From the NCBI GenBank assembly GCA_951406725.2, contig OX597833.1, positions 24,800,001 to 24,864,000 of the forward strand: 64,000 nucleotides of DNA, given 5' to 3'. The position numbers and the translations under genes are program-made. Source of the stretch: Octopus vulgaris. Taxonomy: Eukaryota. Positions 19,432 to 35,069 of this stretch are shown here, in pieces. The notes under the pieces were generated by a model. The model was given only the letters and a program-made list of their open reading frames with translations. It ran no database searches and was not told where the DNA came from. Positions within the stretch are counted from its first letter, which is position 1, and each line of letters begins with the position of its first letter.

Positions 19432-19644
19432 TTCTTACATATAAATACATATATTGGAAGCTACATAGATTTATCTATCTATATATCTGTCTGCCTGTCT
19501 GTCTGTTAGTATGTATGTATGTATGTGTATATGCATATGTACATATCTATTTTTTAAAAATTATTTTTCCTTCGTAGAATTCAAGCCGGCCGCTAAAACG
19601 GTGCTATAACGAATGTATAAGTGTGTGAATACATGCACATAAGT

Positions 19645-19702
<58 letters not shown>

Positions 19703-20761
19703 TGCACGTATTTTTGTCAGTGAACAGGTCGCGGTCTTAAAGCGACGAAAATATTTTGACAAATTAAACTTAAATGTGGAAGTGAATCGAACAGCTTTTG
19801 TGTGTTTCTTAAATGGCTTTCAAATACCTTCCACGCTGCAATTGTTTTCGTTTCAGCACGCGATCTCAGATCAAATCACTTGCTATGCAAGTACATCTCC
19901 TATATATATATATATATATATATATAAGAGTACCTATGTATGCTCGTAAGATCGTATGTATGTATGTATGCATGTATGTATGTATGTATGCATGTATGTA
20001 TGTATGTATGTATGTATGTATGTATGTATGTATGCATGTATGTATGTATGTATGTATGTATGTATGTATGCATATATGCATGTATGTATGTATGTATGTA
20101 TGCATGCATGCATGCATGTATGTATGTATGTATGTATGTACGTATGTATGTACGTATGTATGTATGTACGTATGTATGTATTTTATAGTTAGAAGGAACA
20201 AAGCTGGTAAGAAATGCCGAGACTATTTCACTGTGGGTGTGCTACTTAAAAAGCCATTTTCGTAGAGGGATAAACTAGAGACAATAGGAAACTACCTCAG
20301 CAATTGTACATTTCCTCATACTAAAGGATCAGAAGTAAGTGCTGCGGTACGACAGGCAAGTGAAATCGCAGGTTGTGCGCTGCACAATAAGCCACATTAG
20401 ACTTCGTAGTAATCGTTTTGCAAATATTGTGGTAGTACTGATGGAGGTGGTGGTGGTGGGTAACACTTTCCCGTAGGCGATTGCCAAACGATTTCCTTTC
20501 CGGCGCTATATATAAGGAATATTCTTCTCGTATACTGAAGTATTGCAGCTGCGAATTAACTGGCGGGAAATAATTGTTTTAGTGTTGGTGCAGGTGTTAA
20601 AAGTGTGAAGTTACTTTGCAACAGCAGGTATAGAATGGAAATCTAGGTATTTATGACAATGAACTCGTCCAATCAGTTGTCTGGAAGTAGAATAACACTA
20701 TGTATATGTAAACACACACGCACAACACACATACATATATATATATGTATATATATATATG

Positions 20762-20792
<31 letters not shown>

Positions 20793-20823
20793 GTATATAT
20801 ATATGTATATATATATATGAGTA

Positions 20824-20871
<48 letters not shown>

Positions 20872-21284
20872 CATGCACACATATTTGTATACATCATTAA
20901 ATAAGGTTGGGAGAACGGTTTGAATAAGCATATAAAAGCTAACATTCTATTATGGGAAATATATATGTCGATAGTTGGTCGAGTTAGATATATTTTCCCC
21001 ACGACTGAATACTTTTAAACACGGTAGGAATACAGTAAAATGATGCCAACTGACGATACCAGTTTTTTTGGATTGCACCAAGCTGTGCCTATGTAATTTA
21101 GGATGATCCTTGGATGGAATATAAAATATAACATGTATGTACAGGGTGCTGTGAATAAATTGTCGTCTAAATTACGGAAAAATGAAAATAACGCTGATAT
21201 CTCATTTTAACAGATATTTTTACCAACATATCTTGAAATACTTAACATTAGTTGGTCTTAATATTAGTTAGTAAGAATAGACCC

Positions 21285-21495
21285 CCTTTTGTTTGTAATT
21301 GGCTATCCTGTTGCAGGTTCAATCCGAGGAATATTGAAATAATATCTATCTTGTCCGGAGAGCATCACAAGAGGGATGAGTGTGTGAAACACGTTTAAGG
21401 CTGTTGTCTTGAACACGAATGAGAATATCATGATTTTCAATGGGATCACAAACCATAAGGATGGCTTCTTCATTAGATGTGGGCTCATTAAAACA
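21285..21495 (-). pseudogene. Helitron RepHel fragment
   Basis: Translation FNEPTSNEEAILMV...HDILIRVQDNSLKRVSHTHPSCDAL, then GQDRYYFNIPRIEPATG. This resembles the FNAPT.NEVA...RISE.HRSYDALQYP...G.DGY segment of Helitron Rep proteins (recalled pattern). Confidence 0.7.
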
Positions 21496-22575
21496 GCATA
21501 AAATGCTTTTACTATAGTTTATTATAGATGTAACGAACGCAGAAACACACACATACACTCATAGAATTGATAAAATTGAAAACAGTAAAACATACACATA
21601 AGAAGTTCAAGTGAGACATAATGTAGTGAATAGAGTTACAAAACATTCTTTCTGTAGCATAGTTATGCTATAAAAAAATGGTAAGTCACTAATTTAGCGA
21701 AAGTTAGTATGCATCACCAATGTAAGAAAGTACAGAAAGTCAACATTTATTTGGAACATGTACTAAATGTTATGAAACTCACGATTGAATGAATATCACG
21801 GTGGAGAAATTGAAAGTCCAAGAAAATTCAGAAAGCATAATTCAATTTCTTACACAATAATAATTTATTTTACAAATTTGAAATAAATGCTGAACCAAGT
21901 TAGAAAGAGTGGAAAAGAGCTGCTGAGGCTTTCTACTTCACCAAGTTTCCGAATTTGTTATAATATCCAGAGTAAGATTTTTTTTAGATATACTTTCGAG
22001 TATTGTGAGTGCTGTTAAATCAGCCAAACATTCATGTTGGTAGTACTTGAAAGTGGACGTTGTTTATTTGGAGTCCAAGCCGCAAGTAAACTTTCGATAT
22101 CGGAGCATTTCACTGTTGTGCGAGGAGTTACATTCATAAAGTAACACACACACACACGTGCATTAACGCATACGTAAATCCTATCTCTGTCCCTCTGTGC
22201 GTCTGTCTCTGTCTTTAGATGTGTGTGTGTGTATGCGTCAGACGTCCCAAAAATGTATTTATACTAACCGACAGAAACTCTGTCACACACATACTTGTCA
22301 GTCATTAGCCTAACGTACGTAACGAACGCGCAAACGCATAGAATATGTGACGTCATCATCGTTATGGTAGTAGTATATGATGTTCACAATAGGTGACTAA
22401 AAGAAAAATGACTATCTTGAATCTTTGTAATGTAAAAAAGTGAGTGAGAAAGTTTCGTTGGTAGCCAAAAGCTTACTGAATCTTTTGATACCCACACGTC
22501 AAACACGGCAACTCGCTTTTGGAATGCATAAAGAACATACGCACACACACACATACAAACTTTCTTTTATATATA

Positions 22576-22626
<51 letters not shown>

Positions 22627-23052
22627 GTGGCTGCTGTTTTTTTGCTGAACAAGTTCATCTCTTCAATTAGTAAATACCGTCCTGTGCTTTCATATGACTA
22701 CCATGTACAGCTTTGGACAAGCAGACCATATTGTAATTATATTTTTGAGAACGGAGTATCCGTTCCTAGTTCAATTCAATGGGTTTCAAATGCTTTGCAA
22801 CCATCGGAAATCATTTCTCTGCAAACCGATCGACGTTCCGTCATCTTGTCCCATATATATATATATATCGATAGCCAATGGGAGACAATCCTCTTTGTTG
22901 ACATTAAGTAGCGAGCTCCTTTCATCCTCCATATTCTATAGAAGCCAGTCACTAGAGAAGCCTTTATCCAACAGGTTTTGGGATCTGATGATACGTCATA
23001 AAGCCAGGCCCTTTATGGACGTGAAACTGAAGGTAAACCCATAAACCGGCCT

Positions 23053-23332
<280 letters not shown>

Positions 23333-23369
23333 CAAAATATTCTATACAATGCTTCATTGTAATTATTCC

Positions 23370-23420
<51 letters not shown>

Positions 23421-24170
23421 GTGTGTATGTGTGTATTTTAATGAAATTAAGATTTTGTTTATATAGACATGATTAGAACGAGTGCTATGACGAAACAAAA
23501 AATATTATTATATATGCAACGTAGTAATAGACAAAGAAAGCGTAAGGAAAACTAAATATATCTCAATGAAACTATTATATATATATTCATATATATGTAT
23601 GTGGTTGTATATATATATGTGTGTATATATATATATATCATTTTGACCAAGTGTTTAAGTCGTTAATCTCATGGTTGTTAAGTGCTGGGTTTGATTGTCG
23701 GACCAGACGGCATTTTCTCTAAGCAGTAGCTTTCCTTCTGCTTCTGCTTAATCAAACCCCGTATAAACTCTGCGCACACGACCCTAGAGTGAAAGTATCC
23801 TTTTTACACACACACATACACACACACATGTATGCATGCATGTGTGTGCGTGCATATGTATGTGTATAAATACGCGTTTGTGTATATCTCTTGGTTTGTG
23901 TGCATGCATTAACGCGTTCAAAAACACAACTATGCAAACACACTCGCATATGCACAGTCACACACAAACGAATGAATTTTGTGTGTGTGTGTATGAGAGA
24001 GAGAGAGAGAGGGAGATAGAGATAGAGTAAGAGAAGCGGTAAGACTGTTATCTTTAGATGTTCTTTCCATCCTCTCTCGGTACATACATATCTGCGCGTG
24101 CATGCGTGTGTGTGTATGTATGTATGTATGTACCTATGTATGTGTATATATATATAGATATATACATACA

Positions 24171-24260
<90 letters not shown>

Positions 24261-24639
24261 CACAGCATTTTTACAATTACACACTTGCACACACCATACG
24301 CTCCCAAAGACACACACACATAATTGTGGATCCGCAAGTCGCAGCCAATGAGATGGCATATACGAAATGTCTGGTGCTGGGTTTGGAGTTCACTATTATT
24401 TTAACATTTCACACTCTCTAGTCAGTACCCATGACTTTAGTAAATCAACTTCTTTACTTCCTGTATCAATTTATCATTAAAAAAAAAATATATATGCTGA
24501 TGTCGGTGTTTGTGGTATTCATAAACATGATGGTGTTGCTACTGCTGCTGTTTTTTTGGTTTAGCCCCGAGTCAGGCAAATATAAGATCAATAGGTATTA
24601 AATCCGTGATCATGGCTTGCAAATATGGCTTTCTGGTGC

Positions 24640-24774
24640 AGAAAATTGCTTTGCAACCCCATATTTTGGGATAGAATCCCGCTGTGCGTCACTGGTCAAG
24701 TGTCTTCTACGAAAGCACCGGGCCAATACTTTGTTAGTGAATTTGGTAGACGTGAATTGTGTGGTAACCCGTCG

Positions 24775-24868
<94 letters not shown>

Positions 24869-25075
24869 CATGTTTGTTCGTATGTGTAGGTGTGCGTGTG
24901 GTTATGTTTCTCCTCACTCCCACCACTCGCACAACTGGACATCGTTTGTTTACGTCTCTATAACCCACTGACTCGTCCAAAGGGACGGACAGAATAAGTA
25001 CCAGACTTATAAACTGGGGTCGTTTTATTCCACTAAAACATTCAACCCGAGTGCCCCAGCATGTTCGCAGTTCAA
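24640..25075 (+). mobile_element. Degenerate copy of tRNA-derived SINE family A (as at 47085)
   Basis: Shares GTGAATTTGGTAGACG, a central microsatellite, AGAATAAGTACCAG and CCAGCATG..CGCAGT with the 47085 copy. Confidence 0.6.
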
Positions 25076-25500
25076 TTTCATATTTTATTTTATTTTTCAA
25101 GCCTTGCGTAACCTGCTCTGCGATATCAAATTCAATCTCATTTGATAATGTGCATTTTACGGAAATCTTGGCTGCTATTTCAAATGCCTTGAGAGACCAT
25201 GAAGGGAATCCTTGGGTTACTGGTGGTTTCTAAGTATGATGAGTGGTTGGTGAGTGGGGATTTTCATCTGAATTATGTAGCATTTACTTTTTGATCTGTG
25301 AGTGTGTTTGCGTGTGTGTTTTTTGTGCTGTGTATGTGCCCTTGTTTGCCTGCACATGTGTGCAGTTCGACTGTCGCATTATCTTTTTTCTGTCTGTCTG
25401 TCTCTCCCACCCTCTCTCTCTATGTATGTATGAATGTATATATGTATGTATAAATGTATGTACACACATATATATATATATATAAATATATATATAAATA

Positions 25501-25683
25501 CAGGGTGTCCCAGAAGTTGCGCACTACCCTAGATTTATAAAAATAATACACCCTAATTGATTTCAAAAACACTTTTTCAAAATAATCATAAATGCTTAAA
25601 TTGAGCAGCCTCTGCAATAAAAAAATGCATCAGTTATAAAAGTAAAATGAATTGCGTGAAAAAACCAGACTTCTGGGACACTC

Positions 25684-25685
<2 letters not shown>
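25501..25685. mobile_element. Tc1/mariner-type MITE
   Basis: TA|CAGGGTGTCCCAGAAGT ... ACTTCTGGGACACTCTG terminal inverted repeats in a TA context. Confidence 0.75.
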
Positions 25686-25729
<44 letters not shown>

Positions 25730-26059
25730 ATAGGGGTTTAGTTCACAGGTGATCTAAAACGATTAGGCACGCTAGGTAAGTACTGTAACGGATTACTAAG
25801 GCTCCAAGGTTATAGCCGAGACGGTAGTTATGGAGACATTGCAAATTTCCGATGCAGCGGATATATAATTGCTATCCAATAATAATGTGTCAAAGTGTCT
25901 TGAGATGCTCGCCTTGCTTTAACGTGTGTTGTCCTTTTTAACAATTCTGTCTCTATATATATCGTTGCTATTATGCGAAAGTGTTGTAAGTCTGAAACGT
26001 TGCTTTTCAAAGAACGAAAAAATAGATTTACTGTTCCATTTTATTAGCAATAGTTATAC

Positions 26060-26166
<107 letters not shown>

Positions 26167-26397
26167 AAAGAGAGAGAGGTTGTTAGATATATGAAATTGT
26201 ATATTAGCAGCAGTTACATATATATATATATATATATATAAATATAACTTACTTGTAAAAGGATGCGTGGCGTTCGATCATATAATAATATAAATAATAT
26301 ATAAATATATGCATATATACATACATACATACATACATACATGTACATACCTACATATATATGTATATATACATGCATATATGGGTACAAGACATAA

Positions 26398-26564
26398 AAT
26401 TAAGGGTAGAAATTGATATTTATCAATTAAGACCAGTGGTCTAGCATATTAAAAAGAATCCGAAGATTAAAATATTTATATATAAATATTTTAATCTTCG
26501 GATTCTTTTTTAATATGCTAGACCACTGGTCTTAATTGATAAATATCAATTTCTACCCTTAATT
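26398..26564. repeat. Near-perfect palindrome (about 83-bp arms) with a third copy of the arm at about 26987-27070
   Basis: AATTAAGGGTAGAAATTGATATTTATCAATTAAGACCAGTGGTCTAGC... is followed immediately by its reverse complement. The direct plus inverted arrangement resembles Penelope pLTR ends. Confidence 0.9.
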
Positions 26565-27087
26565 AATTTTATATAAATAAATATGTTCTCTAACCGATAA
26601 ATTGACTGCTGCTAATTATTAGCTGCAGGCTAGTTTTCTCGGGTTTCAACGCGCCAAAGTAAAGGCATTTGAAAGATATATTCAAATGTAATAGGCTGAA
26701 CTCCATGCACGCGATATTTCGGTATCGTGTTTGCATCTAGTCCAGCAAATTGCATTTATAACGGACCATGCTGATGATGGCTGCAGTTTTCCTTGCGGAA
26801 AATAACAGCTGAAACTAATTAGTACATGGGTAATTATTTTATTTCGTATATTTTTCACTTGTTTATTGCTATGGTTTTGTGTTGAGTTTGATCTGAGAAC
26901 ATAATCTTTTGTGGTGAATGGCGATTTGACGTCTATATCTAGCATGTTGACTGTCCACTTTTCGTGTTCAGTCCTTAATTGGTATATATAAATATTTTAA
27001 TCTTCGGATTCTTTTTTAATATGCTAGACCACTGGTCTTAATTGATAAATATCAATTTCTACCCTTAATTAATTTTATATATACATA

Positions 27088-27174
<87 letters not shown>

Positions 27175-27180
<6 letters not shown>

Positions 27181-28089
27181 GTTGTATACTGTCAATCTAA
27201 CAAGAACGTGACAGTAGGGGGTACACCACCGCTGTATAGCCCTAGGAAGCATCGAACGCCTCCTGATAGCTTTGACACATTTTTTCCCTGTGTCCTTATA
27301 TACATATACGAAGGGGAGACAAACACCTCCGGCTGCCGGAACTGCATCTAGGGACACCGTGTTTCAGGATCGTTGTCCTTCATCGGCCTAGAGTAGCAGA
27401 CACCGGTACACTTTAAAAATGAAAATGAAGCAAGAAAGAATGCGACAAAAATTCTGAAATCTGAAAGTTGGACTTTATTACCTAGTTACTGCGGAAAGAG
27501 GGCAGAATAAGAATTAGTAGGATTTCGCCCGAACTTAACATGGAGAGGATATTAGCGGCAGTAGTTTTCAACTGCAAGGAAAGTGTGGAGGTGGTGAAGG
27601 TGGAAAAGTCAACAGAACGTCCAATATAAAAGAACTGGAATATATGTAATATTAATATGTAAAATTGTAAATTGTAAAATTGTATTTTAAACGAAACTGC
27701 GAGTTTTGGGGGCTCGTAAGCCGTTCCATCTAACTCATTACACATAATTCATCTTTATTTCATATTTTATTTTTTACTTTATGTACCCCACGTCCCGTCT
27801 TGTAATGTCCTCTCTGCATTCGGGCCATCGTGCCCATAATAAAGATATAATATCACCAGCTGACCGGTGTCTGCTACTCTAGGCCGATGAAGGACAACGA
27901 TCCTGAAACACGGTGTCCCTAGATGCAGTTCCGCCAGCCGGAGGTGTTTGTCTCCCCTTCGTATATGTATATAAGGACACAGGGAAAAAATGTGTCAAAG
28001 CTATCAGGAGGCGTTCGATGCTTCCTAGGGCTATACAGCGATGGTGTACCCCCTACTGTCACGTTCTTGTTAGACTGACAGTATACAAC

Positions 28090-28095
<6 letters not shown>
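27175..28095. repeat. 233-bp inverted repeat pair (27175-27407 / 27863-28095) flanked by (TA)n; Penelope-like or retrozyme-like
   Basis: Mirror ORFs 27052..27357(-) and 27913..28233(+) are nearly identical, and each arm contains a hammerhead motif. Confidence 0.9.
27879..27922 (+). ncRNA. Type I hammerhead ribozyme candidate (mirror copy 27348-27391, minus)
   Basis: CTAGG-CCGATGA-AGGA(caacga)TCCT-GAA-ACAC(g)GTGT-C-CCTAG. All three stems pair, the cleavage triplet is GUC, and the core has CCGA instead of CUGA. Confidence 0.65.
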
Positions 28096-28168
<73 letters not shown>

Positions 28169-30169
28169 TGCATACATACATATATATATACACTTCTACA
28201 CAGTTCTTGTCTGCAAAATTCACTTATAAGTAAGTAATTACTAAACAATAATCAACCCAGAATTAGAAACATAAATCTTAATTAAAGAACATAAACCAAT
28301 AGACATTGCTACATAACAATCTATAACTTTTGAAATACGGAAACATAATTAAACAAACCAAACGTAAATTAAAGAATAACATAACGCGCTTAGCTATCAG
28401 GCAGCTATCGATTCGACATGGGAATAAAGAAGTCTAGACCAATATCTCTTGAAAATAAACCTTGATTATAGAAAATATACTTGGATGAATATTTCCATCT
28501 AAAAATATATAAATAATATGAAATAACTAAAACACCCACATCGTAATGAAAATTTTCACTAACATATTTAAAGCATTAAAACATAATTAAAACGAGTTAA
28601 TGTACACCAACGGAATAACACATCGCTTTAACTATCCGGTATCAATTATCTTTAGCATGGGAATAAATTGACGTAGATCTATAACTACTATATAGAAATT
28701 TAAACCAATATTTTAACAGTAAGTACGACATATATACAATACAACATCGACTGAATCAAACAAAACGTAGCGAAAATATTCGTTATACAAAAGCATCATG
28801 GTGCCTACGTACTTCGAATAAAGCCGCTTAATCGCTGTACGGCCACAAGATTGTAATCTGTAAGTGGAAGTCCAGAATTACTCTTTAACAGAAGTGACGA
28901 TGAATACAACACAATAGAGCAATATATACCATAAACTATAAGACAACGACATTACATTTAATACTACTTAAAACTAGTCGTCCTGTACTAAGTCATAAAC
29001 AAGAAATGACTCAGAACTTGTAATTTCGTAGTCTCTCCTAAGTTAAGAATTGAAACGTTTATCTCATTTTCCTAACGTAACCTTGTTTTCCATATGCATG
29101 ATTAACCTTTTAAATGTTACCCAAATTACACCAAACTTATAGCTTACTCTTAGCGGAATTCTCCTGTCTCTGGCTCTCCGTCGGTTACGACTACAAGTGT
29201 TCCAGTCGATCTGGTTAACGGAACTGTGAAGTTAACATGCGAGTGGCTGAGCACTCTACAACTACGTATATCTTTAACAAGATCCAGCGTGACACAGGCC
29301 CCTTGAAACACAGGTACCACTCCAGCGTGACACAGGCCCTTTAAATTACAGGTAGCAGTCAATTTTGATAGCTGAGTGAACTGAAGCAACGTGAAATAAA
29401 GTGTTTTGTTGAAGGGCACAACGCGCTGCCGGGAATGGAACTCACCACCTTACGATCGTGTGCCGAATACTCTAACCACTAATCCAGGTGCCTTGGCAAA
29501 TCTACTCAGTATTTGCGAAAATTAAAGTTACCAGTTTTATTATAAATATTACAGCCTTTTTATCCCCACAAATTATCTTAACAGTTCACCTCATCTGCCG
29601 AGTCACCATTTCTATTCGCTTAGAGATGTTCTGGATATATTCTACCAAGTAAATATTCAAAGTTATTGTTAAGTATATATGCAGTTAATTCTAAGCTGTT
29701 TGATTTAATTCATCTTCCTTAATAATAAATCCCAAGATAACAAAGCTCATATGAAGACAATTATACATCGGATAATAAAAGGCTAAAATTACCACCGATT
29801 GGAATACACTAACATGTTTACATATCCTCTCCACTTAAGCAATATCTGTGCAGTCAACCATAATGCTAACCATCTCTGTTTTGCTATTACTTAAACAAAT
29901 AAAACCATTATATCTACATTTGGATAATAACAAAAATAACTTCACCGTTTCCAACGGAAATATATTTATAACATTTATGAAACGCTATATCAATAACTTT
30001 AAAAATACCGTCTTCTGTCCTTTTCAAATCGAGATTAGTATACAGTATAGAAATAGCATATACATGCTTACCCCGAACTACTTTATATTTGCGGCTTGCT
30101 TTAAAATTGTTTACTCGACCTCATATTACTAAATAAGTCAACAGCAAAGTTTTTAGAATACGGAGGTGC

Positions 30170-30398
30170 AGATGGTAAAGGTAGATGATGTTGAAAGTAA
30201 TTAGATTTTCAGAGAAGAGGAAGGTGGCACCGAAACATGCGTCGATATAACGGACTATGGCTCTGATGATGTACCAGAATACTGGAAGTAGGTTTGGGAC
30301 TAAACGTAGTCGAGAAATAAACAAGCGTAGTTGGTTCCCATTCTCATCTCAATGGTCATTCCAGGGAGCAGTTCATACATCTCACCGTCAAAGGAAAA

Positions 30399-30400
<2 letters not shown>
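30170..30400 (-). pseudogene. Penelope-like RT fragment
   Basis: FSFDGEMYE...GMTIEMRMGTNYACLF and VRYIDACFGA resemble the G.AMG.RMGP.YA.LF and RYIDD motifs. Confidence 0.6.
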
Positions 30401-30437
<37 letters not shown>

Positions 30438-30741
30438 CATACACACATAGACTACTAAGGCTTTGAAAAGTACAGATACGTCAGGAGGCAATGATGATGG
30501 AAGACTTATATGATCTTTTTTGCGTACTAGAAATAACACTCAAAGTTCCTCAAATCACATCCTACAATCTTAACAATGGATATATTCAATTATATTGTTC
30601 TGGCTTCGTTAAATAAATAAGGTCTTTGACTGTGGATCTCTTTAGCCAGGGCATATCTGTCGCTGATCGATAACAAATAGCATATATACACACACGCGCG
30701 CGCGCGCTCTGGAAATACATACGGTAATGCATCTTCGTAGA

Positions 30742-30952
30742 TATTGTTTTCATATTTTGGCACAAGGCCAGCAAGTTCGAGGAGAGGATAAATCGATTAC
30801 ATCGACCTCAGTGTTCAACTACTACTTATTTAACCGGCCATGAAAGGATGAAAGGCAAAATCAACCTCGGCGAAATTTGAACTCAGAACGCAAAGACAAA
30901 ATGCCGCCAAACATTTTGCTTGGCGTGCTAACGACATTGGCAGCTCGCAGCC
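30742..30952 (-). mobile_element. tRNA-derived SINE family B, degenerate
   Basis: Shares GAAAGGATGAAAGGCAAA..CCTCGGCG.AATTTGAACTCAGAAC and GCGTGCTAACG with the 48037-48267 copy. Confidence 0.75.
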
Positions 30953-31865
30953 GTATTCATACGCATACATATTAACATGCACTCTCTCAAAGAAATCCAC
31001 TTAAAAAATCACCCGCACACACACACACACGGTAGTACTCACATTTATAAAAATACAATCACACACAGTTACACGAGAACAGCACGTGCAACACAAAGAA
31101 ACCACTTACACATGTACACTAAATAAACACACAGACACTCTAATACAGGAAACGACACACGCACATTACACATAGAATCCCCCCGACACATACATTGTTA
31201 TGGGCCAACGGACAAACCTTTATGTTGTTGCTCGGCATAAGCTGCCATATCTTGCTAAATTTTATATTGTACGTCATTTTTGTATCTGGCTTGCAAGATT
31301 TTTTATGTGAATTTTTGTTTTGAAACAAATTTTGTTGTGTCTGGGGAGAGTCAAAGTGCCGTGATACCTTAATATTTATCACACTACCAGTTCAATTTCC
31401 TCTCATTTATTATTTATATATATATATTTCCCAACATTTTCGTTGTTTTTGCAACCTTGCCAATAGATATTGACTCTGACCGTTATCGGAGCTGCGTTTT
31501 TAATTTTTTATTTAAAGAATGCCTCGCGTAATGTCGTATATACAATTTGTCTGAGGAAGAAAAGGAGATTTTTTAGTTGGAGCATCTTTCATTATATTCT
31601 ACTCCATCCAGACACATCAACGCGGACAGCAAACTAATAGACACTAAACAGGAATATATAAGCCAAAAAAAAAAAAATCATATTAGCACATCTGTTAACA
31701 TACCAAGTTTACACACACAAAAGCAAGTATAAAAGATGCACGGGAACAGACACAGTCAAAGATTTTCGTATATCAAACGAACTTGTCTAAAAGCATACGT
31801 TAGGATACTCGTAAATGCATGCAAACATTCATAGCCACGCATTTTCACTTGCGCATACATACATA

Positions 31866-32160
31866 GGTGGAGGCACATGGCCTAGTGATTAGAGCAGCGG
31901 ACTCGCGGTCGAGGGATCGCAGGTTCGAATCTCAGACCGGGCGATGTGTGTGTTTATGAGCGAAACACCTAATCTCCGGCAGAAAGTAATGGCGAACTTC
32001 TGCTGACTCTTTTGCCACAACTTTGTCTCACTATTTGCTCCTACAACTTGCAGCGCATATGCGATGGACCGGCGTCCCATCCAGGTGGGAAACCTATACG
32101 ACAAATGAGCCGGCAAACCGGCCCTTATGAGCCAGGCATGGCTCGAGAAGGAACAAACAT
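31866..32160 (+). mobile_element. tRNA-derived SINE family C
   Basis: A-box-like TGGCCTAGTGATTAG, B-box GGTTCGAATCT, a non-tRNA body, and an end in (ACAT)n. Confidence 0.75.
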
Positions 32161-33243
32161 ACATACATAGACACATATATGCATAAATGCATAAACATAT
32201 TTTCATACTCACACGTCCAGACACATACACGAGCACGGGCGCGCGCGCACACATACATACAATCACACGCACTCACGCACACACACGCACACACACACAC
32301 ACACATATATATGCATACATAGGGACCTACATGCATAAATTATTATATATTTATGTATGTATGTACATACATACATTTTAAATACATACAAAATACACAC
32401 AAACATACATACATACAAACATACATACATACATACATACATACATACATACATACATACATACATACGTACGTACATACATGCCTATCCTAAAAATGTA
32501 CTTATCATGTAATGAAATATCCAATAACAAAACCGAACCTTGGGAAGGAAAATGACTTTAGGAATTTATTTTAATGCAATACGATCTATTAATTTTAAAT
32601 AGTCTTACATTCTTCGTCGGTTGTGACGATGAGCATATATCTGCTAAACCAGCTAAATCTATATTTATGGAGCTAGTGTATACGCGGCAGAATATATTCT
32701 GCAGATACTTTTTAAGCTTAACAGAACTATCAGGTATGATTAACGTGACGCAATATGACAAGGCCAAATATTTGAATTACAAGAAGAATTCAAGATAGAG
32801 AAGGGAAGGAGTGAGAGGAAGGGAGAAATGGAGAGGGAGAGAAAGAGAGGGAGAGAAAGGGAGAGAGAGAGAACAAGAAGAGACCACCTGAGTTATAACT
32901 GGTATTTTATTTATCGACCCCGAAATGCTGAAAGGCAATACTGATCTCAACGGGATAAATCTTGGCTAAAATTAGTTCCGGATGATATGAATATACCAAG
33001 CTATCTTATACAACGCTCTGACGGAAGTCGACTTTTTTGGAAAAGTAGCAGTTAACAGATTATACTAAAAGAAACCAATACCGAAATAGAGAAACAAATA
33101 TATAATTAAGTGTAACATAACTCAACTAATGCATAAATATTTAAATGTAAGAATATAGTGACTCGCGTATACGTGTTCTACTTTCACTACTTATATTATA
33201 TATAGCATTTAATTTCCAGGCGTTTGATTCTCCCATTTATTAG

Positions 33244-33341
<98 letters not shown>

Positions 33342-33376
33342 CATATACATACATATATATAGATGTATATATATAT

Positions 33377-33493
<117 letters not shown>

Positions 33494-33841
33494 ATATATA
33501 TAGATGTGTGTGTGTGTGTGTACATACATACACACCTATATTTATATCTGTATCTATCTCTATGTATACATGTACACGCAAACATATATATATATATATA
33601 TATTTGTACATATACACAGACTCTCACGTACGAATATGCTCGCTCATCCACACATACGAACTCATACTTTCAACCTGTCACTGAATCAACTAGATACGGT
33701 TTATAGCTGAATAAGTTTGGCGACAAAATGTCTCGCAATATAGCAAAAAGATACTTATATATTCCAGTAAATAATAAAATTACGAAGTGGTAGATTTAAG
33801 GAAGTAAAATGACTGACCTTACGTTTGGGAATTACGATTTT

Positions 33842-33926
<85 letters not shown>

Positions 33927-33943
33927 TCATACATGCATACCTC

Positions 33944-33998
<55 letters not shown>

Positions 33999-34001
33999 TT
34001 T

Positions 34002-34035
<34 letters not shown>

Positions 34036-34988
34036 CATGTATTTACGAGCTTTGCTGGAAACGTAAAACATCCTTTCACTCCTTCTCTGAGCGTCTTATT
34101 AATACTTTGCATGTACCACGTCTTCGTGTTGTTTTTTGCTTCCTGTCCTATTTTCTCCGATTCTTTCTTATTAATTTTATATACATTCATACATACATAC
34201 ATACATACATACATACACACATACTTACATACATATATACATATATACATACATATGCATATACATATATATATATATATATATGTACGTACTGTGTATA
34301 TATTGTTCGATTGTAATATATATATGCGCACACATATAAACCTATTGTCACACAAACACACTTACACAGGAACACGCAGACACACAACACACAAACGCAC
34401 ACTTACACACAGAGATACATACACATATCTATTTACACACATACAACTTGGTAAGCTGCCAAAATTCTTACAATCGGCTGGTTGAACTACAAAAATGTTA
34501 AAAATCAGTGTTCCTGTATAATGATTCCGGATTCAGCAATAAAAATTCGCTTCATTTCAATACCTCTCCATTAATCTATTAAAATACGATATGATGAAGG
34601 AAAGTGGAGGTGGTCTATGTATGAATAAATCAGAAAATATGAAGTTAGGAGGAATGGTAATATTATTTGCCACCAGGATTTTACAATATAACGCTTCATT
34701 TCTCCAGCGATTCGTGTGTGGGTGAGAGAACTTGAGCCGAAAATTGATGTTGGATTTGGTGCAGAATAGATAGTGGAGAAAGATTAGTCGAGAATGAGCG
34801 GTTCAAATTGTCGTGAAGGGCATACGGGATCATCTCGTTTCACATGCACTATCTGAAAAAATAGAGAGCTGAACCAGACGAATATCATCCAAACGATATT
34901 CGTCTGGATGATACGATATTGTGTTTGGAACGAATCAAAAATGTCATTCTTTCCTTCGTTGTATATATTTGTAGTAGCTATTGTTGTT

Positions 34989-35021
<33 letters not shown>

Positions 35022-35069
35022 CTTCTTCTTCTTCTTCTTCTTCTTCTTCTTCTTCTTCTTCTTCTTCTT

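Noticed and set aside
22690-23040. Possible host exon or LINE RT remnant
   Set aside because: Stops occur in the plausible frames and the resemblance to LINE sequence is only vague, so I cannot support a call.
31866-31945. Possible tRNA genes here and at 35480-35556, 47083-47160, 48180-48267 and 58335-58410
   Set aside because: A and B boxes are present, but I could not form a complete cloverleaf, and each continues into a repeat body. They are SINE heads.
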